Assembly (NCBI GenBank): GCA_951406725.2
Contig: OX597815.1
Coordinates: forward strand, 87,110,001-87,174,000
Direction: 5' to 3'
Origin: Octopus vulgaris
Lineage: Eukaryota
DNA length: 64,000 nucleotides
Part shown: positions 1-14,857 of the stretch, piece by piece
Numbering within the stretch: the first letter of the stretch is position 1
How the letters are laid out: each line of letters starts with the position of its first letter
Notes under the pieces: model-generated
What the model was told of the DNA's origin: nothing
Databases searched by the model: none
The model's input: the letters and a program-made list of their open reading frames with translations, nothing else
Translations under genes and position numbers: made by a program

Positions 1-490
1 AATTATGCTGCATGGTTCTTCCAGCGATTCTTGAAGCTGTTGAATGTTGCACTATGTATGCTTACACATGTACACCTGTTCTCACAGTACATTTGTATAT
101 AATGTGTCTATGTAAACACTCGTTCGCCAAAGGGCATGCTTTCTTATCTCTAGAATTGCATTTTTATATATCACCGTTTGCAACCAGGTTACCCCTTGTT
201 GTATATGTTTCCATATCTTTCTTCTTTGTGGGATCGTTATTGTTTTTATTGTTACCATTTATATTTTCATTGTTCTCATTATTGTCATTCTTATTATCAT
301 TAGTGCTTCCAGCATTCCAGTTGTTACTCATATCATCTGTAGTTAATATTCCACTTATGTTACAATCAGTCGGACTACCATTATTTTGCCCTCCACTATA
401 ATTCTGGATTTATTATATTCCTGACGATATTTTCAGAATCTGCAATTTCTCAATTCAGCTTCTTATTTTTAAGTTTATGAATATGGTATA
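1..490 (-). mobile_element. Penelope-like element ORF remnant (GIY-YIG endonuclease region), degenerate
   Basis: Manual minus-strand translation gives CNSRDKKACPLANECLHRHIIYKCTVRTGVHV*AYI..TFNSFKNRWKNHAA*F, matching the PLE CxCx4CPLxxxCL-IIYKxTV-YIG-FKxRxxNH endonuclease pattern. It contains stops and a frameshift. Confidence 0.75.
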
Positions 491-625
491 ATATGTGTGT
501 GTATGTGTATGCGTGTATGTATGTGTGTGCGTGTGTGTATGTGTGTGCGTCTATGCGTGTGTATGTTTGTGCTTATACAAATATATGTGTGTGTGTGTAC
601 ATGTATACACACTCTTGAATATATA

Positions 626-1861
626 CGAAGGTGGGTCAAAAATTATACGCACATGATTTTTCAATGTATTTACACAAAAGCAGGGGATAAACAAGTATGT
701 CATTTTTCTATATAGTCTCCTTCCTTTTCAATGCACTTGGTCCAGCGCTCCACAAGCTTGCGCATTCCCTCCAAGAAAAAGGTTTTCGGTTGGTGGTGCA
801 AGCATTTATGCATCGCTTCTTTCACATCATCCGTAAGAAATCGACGACCACGTAAACCCTCTTTGTGCAGTTCAAAGATATGATAGTCGGAAGGAGCGAG
901 ATCTGGGATGAAGGCAACGTGTTCCAGTACCTCAAAATTCAATTGGTTAATAGTTTCAACGGTCTGGGCGGCCGTGTATGGGCGTGCATTGTGATGCAGT
1001 AACAAGACTTTCTTCGACAATAGGATTCCGCGTTTTGGTGCGAATTGCTGACTTCAGTTTGTTGGTCAGCAAAGCACTGCATCTTCCACTGTTGATCGTA
1101 CACCCCTTTTCCAAGTAGTCTTCCAGTATAGGTTTTTTTGAGTCCCAAAAATGGGTTGGCATCACCTTTCCTGTGGAAGACTGAGTCTTGAATTTCTTTG
1201 TCGCTGGCGATCCAGGATGTTACCACTCTATACTCTGTCTTTTAGATTCTGAACCACGTTTCATCTCCTGTGACTATTCTGCCCAAAAATTTCTCGCCCT
1301 CATTGTTGTAGAGATCGTGTAAAAGTTGGAAGACTTCAAGACGTTTGCGCTTGTGCTCTGCAGTAAGCTCTCTTGATACCCATCTTGTACAGACTTAATG
1401 GAAGCCGAGCTCATCGTGGATGATTTGATAGGCAGAACCATGAGTAATCTGCAGAGAACGAGCTACATCATCGAGGATAACTTGCCGTTTCACCATTACT
1501 ATCTCTCGAGCTTGCTGGACCTTCTCGACACTTCTAAACTTCTCGATCCACTCATAAACACTTCTTCGCGGTAGTGCACTGTCCCTGTAATGAGCTAAAA
1601 GCCTCCGATGAATGTCAGCACCTGACACACCTTCCGACCAGAGAAATCGGATCACTGCTCTTTGTTCTTCTAGGAGTACATTGCTAGTGGAGCGGCCATG
1701 CTGACACTGTAAAGCCAGAAAGAAAAATGGCGCGATCAGGTTCAAACTTCGATCACGAAACCTCAATAATACAAACTATAAGTACGCATGCGCCGAAGGC
1801 AGTGTAACAATAATAAAGATACGTTATGTGGAAAGTGCGAATAATTTTGACTTACCCTTCG
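626..1861 (-). mobile_element. mariner (Tc1/mariner, DD34D) transposon, full-length but decayed
   Basis: Imperfect ~27-bp TIRs: cgaaggtgggtcaaaaattatacgcac (626-652) and the reverse complement of 1835-1861, with TA on the left. Transposase fragments include the HTH region EEQRAVIRFLWSEG...SVYEWIEKFR, then IVTGDETW-like, LLHHNARP and PDLAPSDYHIF across frameshifts. Confidence 0.93.
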
Positions 1862-1947
1862 GAGGTGAAAGTTTATATTAATAGTTATGATAGCGGCTGA
1901 TACTAAAGATAGTAAAACTCCAGGTAGTGACCAAAACACTGTATATG

Positions 1948-2058
<111 letters not shown>

Positions 2059-2590
2059 GGGAAAAAATAATACATTTTCGTGTTTCATTTTTCTCCTCAC
2101 TAATAATCACCACTTTTTGTCATCAACGGTATGTGAACAACTAATAAATTGTGGAACTGTTACATTATTCAATTTATTTTCACAAAATACCTCGTTTAAA
2201 CTATATGCATAGGCATCAGCTCCACCAATACTACTATCATCACCATCAAAACTCAATATAATAAAAAGAAGAATAAAAATAAAATAAAAAATAAAAAGAA
2301 AATAGGATGCTGATGAAATGTATAGAAAATATTTCTATGAGATTTTTAAAAACTACATAAAAATCAAAAGAAAAGAAAACAGAAAGGTACGATAAACATG
2401 TTTAACTTAAGTACTTCCGTTGAGCACTTAATTTGGCTTTGTAGGTCAGTTAACAACTTGTTTCAATGGTCCTTCTAGATTAAACAACTATACATGAAAG
2501 TGACACAGACTACCAGTACACATTATACAAATACAGGCACACACATTCATATACATACATTATATATATACATACATTGTGTGTGTATGT

Positions 2591-2630
<40 letters not shown>

Positions 2631-2752
2631 ATGTATGTATGTATGTATGTATGTATGTATGTATGTATGTATATATATATATATATGTATGTATGTATTC
2701 ACACACACGTGCATACTTCTGCTAATACACTTACATGCACCTCACATATGCG

Positions 2753-2793
<41 letters not shown>

Positions 2794-2806
2794 TAATTTT
2801 ACTCTA

Positions 2807-2884
<78 letters not shown>

Positions 2885-2911
2885 ATATGTGTGTTTATGT
2901 ATATATACATT

Positions 2912-2945
<34 letters not shown>

Positions 2946-3062
2946 TGTGTGTGCATATATGAGGCGTATGTATATGTATTAGCAAATGTATATATGCATA
3001 TATAACTATATATAAATATGTGTATGTATGTGTGTGTGTGTCTGTGTGTGTGTGTATGTGTA

Positions 3063-3272
3063 TTGAGTCATCCCATAAATAATGCGGTTTTTTATACCTT
3101 TTTTATTTTTGAAAATTAAGATAAACAAAGTTCGTCTGTTGCGCTAAAAATAAGTACAAGGAAAAATTACTACCTGCTTTCATAGTAACCTGATGCAGGT
3201 AGTTTATCTCGTACCCCTCCGACTTTTAGTTCATGCTATTGAAAAGGCCGCATTATTCATGGGATGACCCAA
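3063..3272. mobile_element. mariner-type MITE (~210 bp)
   Basis: ~30-bp TIRs ttgagtcatcccataaataatgcggttttt / aaaaggccgcattattcatgggatgacccaa, flanked by TA on both sides, with no ORF. Confidence 0.85.
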
Positions 3273-3331
3273 TATATAGGTACATAAGTATGTTTATATG
3301 TATGTATATGTGTGTGTATACGTATATATAC

Positions 3332-3401
<70 letters not shown>

Positions 3402-4006
3402 CAAAGAAATATTGATATAGAAATAGATATAAGTGTATATGTATATATACATACATATATATGCGTGTGTCTGTGTGTCTGTGACAGTGTGCACGTATAT
3501 GCATGTGTATATAGATACGTATGTATGTATTATGTATGTATGCATATGTGTATGTATGTAAGTATGTATGTATGTATGTATGTATGTATGTATGTATGTA
3601 TGTATGTATGTATGTATGCGTGTGTGTCTGTGTATGTGCGTGTATATGTGCGTGCGCGTGTGTGTGTATGTGAGTGTGTGTGTATATGTGTGTGAATGCG
3701 TGTGAATGCGTGTGTAATGCTCCGATGTGCTCACTTCTCACTCTTTTCCTCCAACTATGATGAAATTCCGCTGAAATTCTCCCTGCACTATTAAAATATT
3801 TACACTCCCAATTTTCAAATATTTTACATTTTTGCAACACACGCATATTTTTCATTCATCCCTTGTATATTTTCTTATGTCCACTATATCGTTTTGCCAA
3901 ATGCTTCTCAACTACTTTATTTCCATCCCCACTCCTTTATATTTTTCAAACAATGGTCATATTGTCATACAATAGGCATACTTTGTACGATGTTATCCAC
4001 TTGAAA

Positions 4007-4590
4007 GATGGCGAGCTGGCAGAAACGTTAAGCACGCCGGGCGAAATGCGTAGCCGTATTTCGTCTGCCGTTACGTTCTGAGTTCAAATTCCGCCGAGGT
4101 CGACTTTGCCTTTCAACCTTTCGGGGTCGATAAATTAAGTACCAGTTACGCACTGGGCTCGATATAATCGACTTAATCCGTTTGTCTGACCTTGTTTGTC
4201 CCCTCTGTGTCTAGCCGCTTGTGGGCAGTAAAGAAATAGAAATAGGTATTTCGTCTGCCGTTACGTTGTGAGTTCAGATTCCGCCGAGGTCGACTTTGCC
4301 TTTCATCCTTTCGAGGTCGATAAATTAAGTACCAGTTACGCACTGGGATCGATATAATCGACTTAATCCGTTTGTCTGACCTTGTTTGTCCCCTCTCTGT
4401 TTAGCCCCTTGTGGGTAGTAAAGAAATAGGTATTTTGCCCGTCGTTACGTTCTGAGTTCAAATTCTGCCGAGGTCGACTTTACTTTTCATTCTGTTGAGG
4501 TCGATAAAATAAGTACCAGTTACGCACTGGGGTCGATGTAATCGACTCATCCCCTCCCAAAATTGCTGCCCTTGTGGAAAAATTTGAAGC
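4007..4590 (+). mobile_element. tRNA-derived SINE (family A) trimer
   Basis: One head (ggcgagctggcagaaacgttaagc; B-box-like gagttcaaattcc). The core gtcgactttgcctttcatcctttcggggtcgataaattaagtaccag occurs three times (units restart at 4056, 4246, 4430). The core resembles the Nin/Deu SINE domain. Confidence 0.85.
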
Positions 4591-4939
4591 CATTATTGAG
4601 TGAGAGAGCAGTGCATGCTCTCGAAGTAACACTGGGGTAAAATATTTAACACTGGAGTAAAATAAGCCCAGTATACCCATCATGGATACCCGCCTGATAA
4701 GGGTACACCAGGCACATGCATCACAACCATATGTGCGTGACATGGTGATCTCATATCAAGATAAACAGGGCATGACCTCGCAGGAGGAGCCGTTAAAATT
4801 TTCTTCAGGTCGAGCAGCCCATCCCGCTGAAAAGGTCCTTGAATAATGGTTGTTTAAGGATGTTGAAAGAATCGCTCATGTTTCCAGAGGTGAGTTATTC
4901 AAACTCCAAAGAATTCTTCTTAACACATACGCCCGTAGA

Positions 4940-5208
4940 TATGAGAGCAATCGTTGGACGAGGGCTCGTGCTTTTGACCGTAAGGGTAATCCGGATCTGT
5001 GGGGTTCCTTGGTTGGCCTAGTTGGAGCTCCCACTTTATCAGAAGGACTGCATCATTCATCTGTTCACATACTTTGTATTTTATGTATACTTTTAATTCA
5101 TTTCACCGTCTGTTCTCTTTCGTTACCTTCACCTTTTATGTAAAACCCTTCACACATTGAAAACTGCTTTTGCAATGCCCTCTATGTATGAGGCAAATAA
5201 AAGAATTT

Positions 5209-5215
<7 letters not shown>
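4940..5215 (+). mobile_element. LINE 3' UTR fragment, related to the tail of the element at 52325-53250
   Basis: Ends in ggcaaataaaagaattt followed by (ATC/ATT)n, like ggcaaataaacgaaatcattattatta at ~53230, with a similar pyrimidine-rich 3' region. Confidence 0.45.
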
Positions 5216-5552
<337 letters not shown>

Positions 5553-5652
5553 CACGGAAAAGGGAGTTGTATATCTCGTCCTGAACAGTTCCTTTTTATT
5601 ACTCAGAGAGTACACTACACTTCATGCACAAATGCATGTGTATATGTTTGTC

Positions 5653-5684
<32 letters not shown>

Positions 5685-6038
5685 TGTATGTATGTATGTA
5701 TGTATGTACATAGGCACACACACACACACAAAGGTATAGTTACTGGCGCATGCATGTGTGTGTGCGTGCCTGCGTGCGTGTGTGTGTATGAGCGCGTGTG
5801 TGTGGGCGTGAGTATGTATTCTAACTTTATTTTTAGAATATTCGTGTAATATGCAATCCCATTCATAATGCTTCCCTCGCCACTTTCCAAACTCACCCGC
5901 AACCTCCACATTGGCTTATGTAGATTTTATAACATCAGAATATTTCCTTTCCAATGCGTATTTATAGTAAACCTGTCCGTGTAGAAGCTATAGGTGAATG
6001 AAAGGTGTATTCGCGGTTGAATAAACAGGCTTTCACAA

Positions 6039-6093
<55 letters not shown>

Positions 6094-6120
6094 ATCTATC
6101 TATATCTATATCTATCTATC

Positions 6121-6164
<44 letters not shown>

Positions 6165-6180
6165 TATGTATGTATGTATG

Positions 6181-6244
<64 letters not shown>

Positions 6245-6252
6245 TGTATATG

Positions 6253-6301
<49 letters not shown>

Positions 6302-6308
6302 ATATATA

Positions 6309-6344
<36 letters not shown>

Positions 6345-6581
6345 TGTATGTATATATATATATGTGTGTGTGTGTGTGTACGCCAATTACAGTACGCCAA
6401 TCTATTTATATCGCTTTACGATACACTTCTACACCTCAACAAGCTGTGAGTCGATTCTTTCAAAGTGTATGTCTGCGTGTGTACGTGCGAGTGTGTGTGA
6501 GAGAGTGAGAGAGACAGAAAGAGAGAGAGAGTGTGTGTGTGTGTGTCAGAGAGAGAGTGTGTGTGTGTGTGTGTGCGTGTA

Positions 6582-6641
<60 letters not shown>

Positions 6642-7028
6642 AAGTGTGAATGAGTGAATGTATTTGTAGCCTGTATGATGGCTCGAGTGTTGGTGAATGT
6701 CAATATATTCAATTGTACTTCGGTATAACAAGCTATTACACATGCTATTTCTCTATTTTTAATTTCATGTGAAAATATGTATGAATACGTATATGTATTT
6801 ATATACGAATATTTATATGTATATGTATGCAAGTATACCTTTACATACATATTCTAATACAGATATAAATATTTCTGCATACACACACACACACACAAAC
6901 ATGTGTATATCCGAGTAATTATGTACGTACGTGATATATATATATACGTATGTTTTTATATAAATATATTTATTAGGCTTCGACATATATGTAGATACAC
7001 ACACACACATACATACACACACACACAT

Positions 7029-7112
<84 letters not shown>

Positions 7113-7116
<4 letters not shown>

Positions 7117-7250
7117 CTTTCTGTTGAAGAGCGTAGGCTCGAAACGTAAATGACTTGTTTTATTTCCATTCCTGAGCGCCATACTAATACAGTTGTTTGA
7201 TTGTATTCCACCTGCCTTCGTCTTTTGTTTATTTTCATAAAGCTTCCCGT
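7113..7250 (+). mobile_element. short PLE-terminus-like element with minimal hammerhead motif, embedded in (TA)n
   Basis: ctgttga-a-GAGC-gtag-GCTC-gaaac-gta at 7121-7148. The core differs from CUGANGA at A6. The downstream tail (cctgagcgcc.atactaatac...) is shared with the copies at 12968, 14277 and 33240. Confidence 0.65.
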
Positions 7251-7309
7251 TATATATGTATATATATATATATACTCGTATATACGTATAATTCTTTTAA
7301 AAGGCCACC

Positions 7310-7486
7310 AAGGGGCAAGTCGATTACAACGACCCCAGTGCACAGATGGTACCTATTTTATCGACTCTGGGAGGATGAAAAGTAAAGTCGACCTCGTCTG
7401 AATTTGAACACAAAGCGTAAAAAACGGACGAAATGCCGCTAAACAATCTGTCAGGCGTTCTAGCACCTCTACCAGCTCCCCGCCTA
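7310..7486 (-). mobile_element. SINE family A, diverged
   Basis: Reverse complement of the family A core and head (gatgaaaagtaaagtcgacctcg...aatttgaac). Confidence 0.75.
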
Positions 7487-7506
7487 CTCATATATACATA
7501 TATATA

Positions 7507-8091
<585 letters not shown>

Positions 8092-8624
8092 TTAATGAAT
8101 TCAGTATACATATGTAATGTAATATAATTATGATAAGGAATTGTCGCCTACTTCGAAATTTTTTTTCATGCACAAACACTCTCAAACATCAAATGTCTAG
8201 TTTTTAGGGAAGGAGGGTTCATCCACACACATTCTCACACGTGTAAACACACATTTTCTCATTCAATAACACTTTCCTTTCCTTCCACTACCACTTCCAC
8301 ATTGCTTGACCATTCTGTTTCACACCTTTCCTGCCATCAAATTTTGAGCTCGCTAAAACACACTCAAACACGTAGATACAAGCATACACACATTCACACA
8401 TGCACACACACACACACACACACAAGTTCATGCTCTCACACTTTCTTCTTCGTCCTAGTCTTCTCATCCTCTTACCTCCCTTTCACGTCACTCTTCCGTC
8501 TAAGAGATTTCCTTTCCCTCAATTTCTCTTGCCGTACGATTAAAACCAACTCTTCCAAGCCACGCTGCCGAACGAAACTGTTTTCTATTGATTTTCTTCC
8601 TGAAAACAGAACAGAAAAAAAAAA

Positions 8625-9100
8625 TCCCGGAAGATGAAGCTCTTCATCAACACCGCATCGGCCCTCTCCATTCTCCTCTATGGAACCGAAACGTGGACCC
8701 TCTCGAAGTCCCTGGCAACGAGAATCAACGGCCTCGACAGCAGAGCTTTCAGAACCATCGAAACATCAGATGGTATCATTACGCTTCCAGCAAAGAACTG
8801 AGTGCACGTAGGCATCAGCCTGCAGCCGCCCACCGCATAGCTATCCATCGCATGTGCTGGTACGGACATGTCCTCCGTCTCCTGCTAGACCATCCTACCG
8901 GGGCTTTACTCTCATTCGACGTAGCAGTTGCGGGCTGGAAGAGTCCTCGTTGCAGGCCCCCAGCCACCAGAAGGCTGGACGTGATTGGGGGAGATTTCCA
9001 AGAGCTCAACATCACCTTGGAGGATGCGCACGATGAAACCTCTGAGACCACTAACCTAGGATAACCCCAGCGTCATCAAACAAGAGCATGAAGCAAGCAG
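8625..9100 (+). mobile_element. RTE-clade LINE 3' fragment
   Basis: LLYGTETWTL then ...RMCWYGHVLRL...GWKSPRCRPPATR.LDVI: the typical post-RT C-terminus of RTE elements, frameshifted. Confidence 0.8.
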
Positions 9101-9125
9101 CAGAAACATTGATTTTCGCAATTTT

Positions 9126-9191
<66 letters not shown>

Positions 9192-9959
9192 CAGATTTTC
9201 ACCTCTTTCACTATCTATGAATTCTCAGCATTTTTAGATTATCGGGTCTTTCACTTTTTTCCCCACTTCCATTATAAATGCCCTAATCTCCGTCACGTGC
9301 TTACACATCTATCAACTACTTCTCTAAGTGCATCACCACCTAGCTAATTTTCGTTAATCGTCTTCTCACCATATTATGAACAATTCTGTCTCCCGAGGCT
9401 TTACTCTAGTTGTGTGCCTGTCTGGACTTTTCAGCAGAGTTGCAGTTTTATTAATCTATTCATTTTCTTATTAGTGTCTTATTGTAATAATTTTTCTCAA
9501 TTTATTTTCCCTAGTTTTTTTTTTTTTTTTCTTAATTTCTTTTATCTCTCTCTGAAGTTAATCTTTCTTATGTTTTTTTTTCCCCAATCTTCATTTACTT
9601 TTTCTCTCATTCTTTTATACGCTTGACGTTCACCCCCACCGTACTCCTCTTGTCCCTCTACGTGCCTCACTAATTTTTCTATACGTGCATATACACACCC
9701 CTTGTTTCTTTTCACTCCTTCCCATAGAACCGCATTCTCTCCTGAACTCTAACCTCTCACCTGTTTGGGGTTTTTTTCTTTTTGTTTTTGTTTTTTTTTT
9801 TTGTTGTTTTTTTGCTTTTTTCATCTTTCAACCACTTTTCGTCCTTTTCTTTTCTTGCATAGCTTTCTCCTTATTATAATCTAGCGTCCGTAAAGTCACG
9901 TTTCTTTCCCTCTGTTTTTAATTGTTAAACTAATACATTGCCTTCACAACACAGAAATC

Positions 9960-10018
<59 letters not shown>

Positions 10019-10394
10019 TCTTTCATTATTTCATACGTTTCAGTCCTAAAGCTGTGGTCATACTGGAGCACCGCCAGTGGCAGTGCTCCATTTACATTAT
10101 TTAATAACAGTTTGACTCGGCTCCATTTGGGCTGACTATCTCGTCAGGCTTGTAGAGACTGAATGAAGCAAAGTTCAATATGGCGTTAAGATGGTGAGCC
10201 GCTTTGGTCAACACAGGTCATATACCAAATGCTTATTCCTAGGACCACCTGCTTGGACAGGATGTTAGCGAATAGCTGGCGGCTCTCTGTCTGGGAAGTT
10301 AAGTATGGTTCATTAACGACATCAGTTCGGTAGTGTGTGTGTGTGTGTGTGTAGCTATGTCAGTGTCTGTATCTGGCGAGTGTGTAATATAAAC

Positions 10395-10870
<476 letters not shown>

Positions 10871-11049
10871 ACATATAGCACGCACGTACACATATATAGT
10901 CCACATCTGTATTGGTATATAGCTAAATAAGAACAAAAATAGAAAGCTATTTTTTAATCGTTTATATAGTAATAGTGAATCCGGTGTAATTTGATTATTT
11001 CGACTGCCGTCAGCGTGGTAGTCCAGTAGAATAAGGTTTATCAGAAACA

Positions 11050-11270
11050 AAACAAGAGAAAAAAGTAAATGCAAGTAAGCCTCTCCTTTCCTTCCGAAAA
11101 AATATTCTCTCCATCGCAACGTTTTCCGTTGAAGGACTTAGTCCGAAACGTCGTATTTATTCTGAATTTCTGTCTTATAGTGTATTACTAAAAACTATAC
11201 ATATTCTACTCGTTCCTGCTGCTTTATGTTTTCTTGCTCGTTCTATTATTTTTGTCGTTGATTCTTTGAA
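11050..11270 (+). mobile_element. PLE-terminus-like element with degenerate minimal hammerhead
   Basis: ccgttga-a-GGAC-tta-GTCC-gaaac-gtc at ~11126-11152, followed by a pyrimidine-rich tail like the other copies. Confidence 0.55.
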
Positions 11271-11394
11271 ACCAACACAACAATATCACTCCCACTGTCT
11301 ATCACCATCACCATGAAGATAAAACTACAACCTATAAGTACCAATAGCGCTTGATAAATGAAGGTAGTGTCGACCTGCCAGAAACGTAACCAAA

Positions 11395-11600
11395 TATCTA
11401 TTTCTTTACTACCCACAAGGGGCTAAACACAGAGAGGACAAACAAGGACAGACAAACGGATTAAGTTGATTATATCGACGCCAGTGCGCAACTGGTACTT
11501 ATTTAATCGACCCCGAAAAGATGAAAGGCAAAGTCGACCTCGGCAGAATTTGAACTCAGAACGTAACGGCAGACGAACGTTCTGAGTTCAAATTCCACCG
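11395..11600 (-). mobile_element. SINE family A unit (tail A) with short fold-back
   Basis: ctatttctttactacccacaagggg...gaactcagaacgt followed by the inverted acgttctgagttcaaatt. Confidence 0.8.
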
Positions 11601-12270
11601 CCAAATATCATCCTTCAAAACAAACCTTGCATCTTAATACAGTGAGGCACCAAGTCTGATTTTTTTTTTTTAATGTTACAGCTTCATAACGATTGGACTG
11701 ATTTTTATTGTAGGTTTCCGCAATCAGGATTGACGCTGGACTAAACAGCAGCAAGAACAAAGCACAACCGCTGCAGTAGAACCACTGTAACAAATAATCA
11801 CCGCTACCACAACTGCACAGCCTTCGCTATTACTACTGTTAGCACCATCATTAATAACACTGCCATCATCGTCATCATCATCGTTGTCTTCGTCACAATT
11901 ACATGTTATTGCTATCATCATCAACAATTGCAATAACAACAATATTAAAGACACGACTGTTAATAACACCTCAGACCAATATCAGCACAATGCCACCTCT
12001 TAACATCACCACCACCACCTCCGTCATCATAATCATCACTATCATCACTAATACCATCAACATCACCACTATAACCCAGGTACATATAGCCACTACTATA
12101 ACCAATATATCAGACAATGGTCATTCAATTAAATCAATATATATATAACTTCGATTATACTGTTAACACTTCACCATAAATACTTATTGAATTCAATCCC
12201 AGCTGTTAATTTGCCACGATATAATAATGATAATAATAATAATAATTATTATTATTATTATTATTATTAC

Positions 12271-12336
<66 letters not shown>

Positions 12337-12378
12337 TATTATTATTATTATTATTATTTTATAATTATTATTATTATA

Positions 12379-12419
<41 letters not shown>

Positions 12420-12967
12420 ATAAAATCAGTGTGGCTTGAACGAGTTTTGACACGTAGAAGTGTGGTAACTTGTCAAGAATGAGTTTTCTACGATCGGTTT
12501 TGGAATATGGAATTGCAGTGTTGGTCAGTTCGATCCTATCGATTCTTTACATCGTGCTTCATCACTGAGATATATATATATATTGAGATGAATGTCATTC
12601 ATTAAAAAGATTACCATTCATGGATATTCCAGTAAACGACCCTACGAAGGATCCCCCAGCCGATGAAATAGTAGAACGTATTAGAAATAGCAGCCAAATC
12701 TTACCTCAAATTATACCTAAAGGATAAGGACACATTGGATAATGAAGTCCACGCAGTTTTGATGATCATGGAATAAATTCTTTTCATCATAGACCTTTAT
12801 TATCAGTTCTGCCCTAGAGCTAAACAACAACACACGTATATATAGTGTGTACATGTATACAGATATATACAGATATATACTTAACTTCATATAAGTACAA
12901 ATATTTGTATGTATGTATGTATGTATATCTATATCTATCTATCTATATATCTATATATATATATATA

Positions 12968-13165
12968 GTTAATCCAAACATGAAAACACAACAACGCGAG
13001 GACGTGGAACAAGTATAGCGTTATTGGACGCTCGGGAAAGGAAAGAAAGAAGGAGGATTCAACGTTTCGACCGGAGTTCTTTGTCAGAAACATAGGAAAA
13101 GGAAAGATCCAAGGAAGGGAAGACGGAGGAAAAAAGAATCGCCAACGATACACACGCGGTCACAT

Positions 13166-13168
<3 letters not shown>
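12968..13168 (-). mobile_element. PLE-terminus-like hammerhead element between (TA)n tracts
   Basis: Minus strand tttctgacaaagaactccggtcgaaacgtt; same family as 14277-14480 and 33240-33450. Confidence 0.65.
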
Positions 13169-13228
<60 letters not shown>

Positions 13229-13335
13229 TTTATTTTAAGCAGCAGAAAATTCAACAAAATCTGTTGCATATTACTCTACCACTGGTATTTGAGTACTCTT
13301 TTTTCCACCTTGTTTCACATTTATGTGTTTACTCC

Positions 13336-13400
<65 letters not shown>

Positions 13401-13649
13401 GATTCGGTTAAATTAAGTACTTAAATCGAGGCACATTGTTAGCTCGATCTAATTTGCACACCCAAACAATATTAGATGAATATCAAGCTCTGTGCAGAAG
13501 TGTTTGCACTTGATATTCTTGTAGTATATGCAGATAACACGACCCAACTTAGTGAAGAGATCCGCTCTTGGTTGTTCAAATATGTACTTTATATAAAAAT
13601 ACTTTCTATAAAATTTCCGAAGTGCAGATTCCAGGGTAAGTGAAGAAAA

Positions 13650-14220
13650 TATGAATAACAAAGTTGTACAGGTGTCAATTCATTACGGCCGTTTTAAGCG
13701 ACTCCTTTAATTGATTACTGAAAACATTATTATATTATTGCTAAGAAACAGTTTTCGTCAGATGACTGCATAGGCTTCAAACACAAAGGACAAACCAACT
13801 GCTCTAATATATTTGTATCACCAACGGAGCTCAAATATTTGCATTGATTCTACTGATGTATCTTTGGCAGAATGAGTTTAGAAAAGGGTCTATGTAGTGT
13901 CGATCCTTCTAGAATTTAGAGGTTGGTAGAGGTTATAGAATGGGGAGGAATAATTGAGAGTAGTGACCTAGTTACCTACACTTCGAAGACAACAGGAGCA
14001 ATATTATCCTCAGTCACCCAAAATTTGTAAATATTTCAGCTCCGTTGGTGATACGAACATATTAATGCAGTTGGTTAGTCCTTTGTGTGTAATGTCTATG
14101 CAAAATCATCTGACGGAAACGGTTTCTTTACAATGATGTAATGTTTTCATTAATCAATTAAAGGAGTCGCTTGAAACGACCGTAAAGAATTGACAGCCGT
14201 ACATCTTTGTTACTCATTTA
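13650..14220. mobile_element. inverted-repeat cassette (arms ~13660-13843 and ~14026-14215), one hammerhead motif per arm
   Basis: The arms are visibly reverse-complementary. The right arm reads aatcat-CTGACG...GAAAC-gacc-GTA; the left arm on the minus strand reads gtcat-CTGACGA...aaaac-ggcc-GTA-atgaatt. Confidence 0.75.
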
Positions 14221-14221
14221 C

Positions 14222-14276
<55 letters not shown>

Positions 14277-14280
<4 letters not shown>

Positions 14281-14480
14281 ATCCAAACAAGAAAACACAG
14301 AAAAAAAGAGAAAAAAAAAGGAGAAAAAAACACAGCAACGCAAGACGTGGAACAATTAAAGTATTATTGACGCTCAGGAAAGAAGGGAAGGAGGGTTTAA
14401 CGTTTCGAGCGGAGCTCTTCGTCGGAAACAAGGAGAAGGAAAGATCCCAAAGATGGAAGACAGAGGAGAGAATATTTGAG
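14277..14480 (-). mobile_element. PLE-terminus-like hammerhead element between (TA)n tracts
   Basis: Minus strand gttt-ccgacga-a-GAGC-tcc-GCTC-gaaac-gtt-aaac, with a U4C variant core and stem I gttt/aaac. Confidence 0.7.
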
Positions 14481-14497
14481 CTGGTGGTGCTTAAGAG

Positions 14498-14653
<156 letters not shown>

Positions 14654-14857
14654 TATATACATATATATGTTTGTGTGCGTGTTAAGTTAGAGGTTATAGC
14701 AACCGTCTAAGGGATACTTGTATCCAATGAATCCACTGGTGTATTACCTATATTTACTCATGAGCATTTGTATTAATGCTCATAAATGATAGGTAATGAC
14801 AAAAATAAACTAAAGTTTATCAATATTCAAGGAAAGCAGAAAATGGAGATAAAATTA

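Noticed and set aside
10248-10292. Minus-strand 42-nt candidate exon (TESRQLFANILSKQ)
   Set aside because: Weak donor (GTGGTC) and no independent support.
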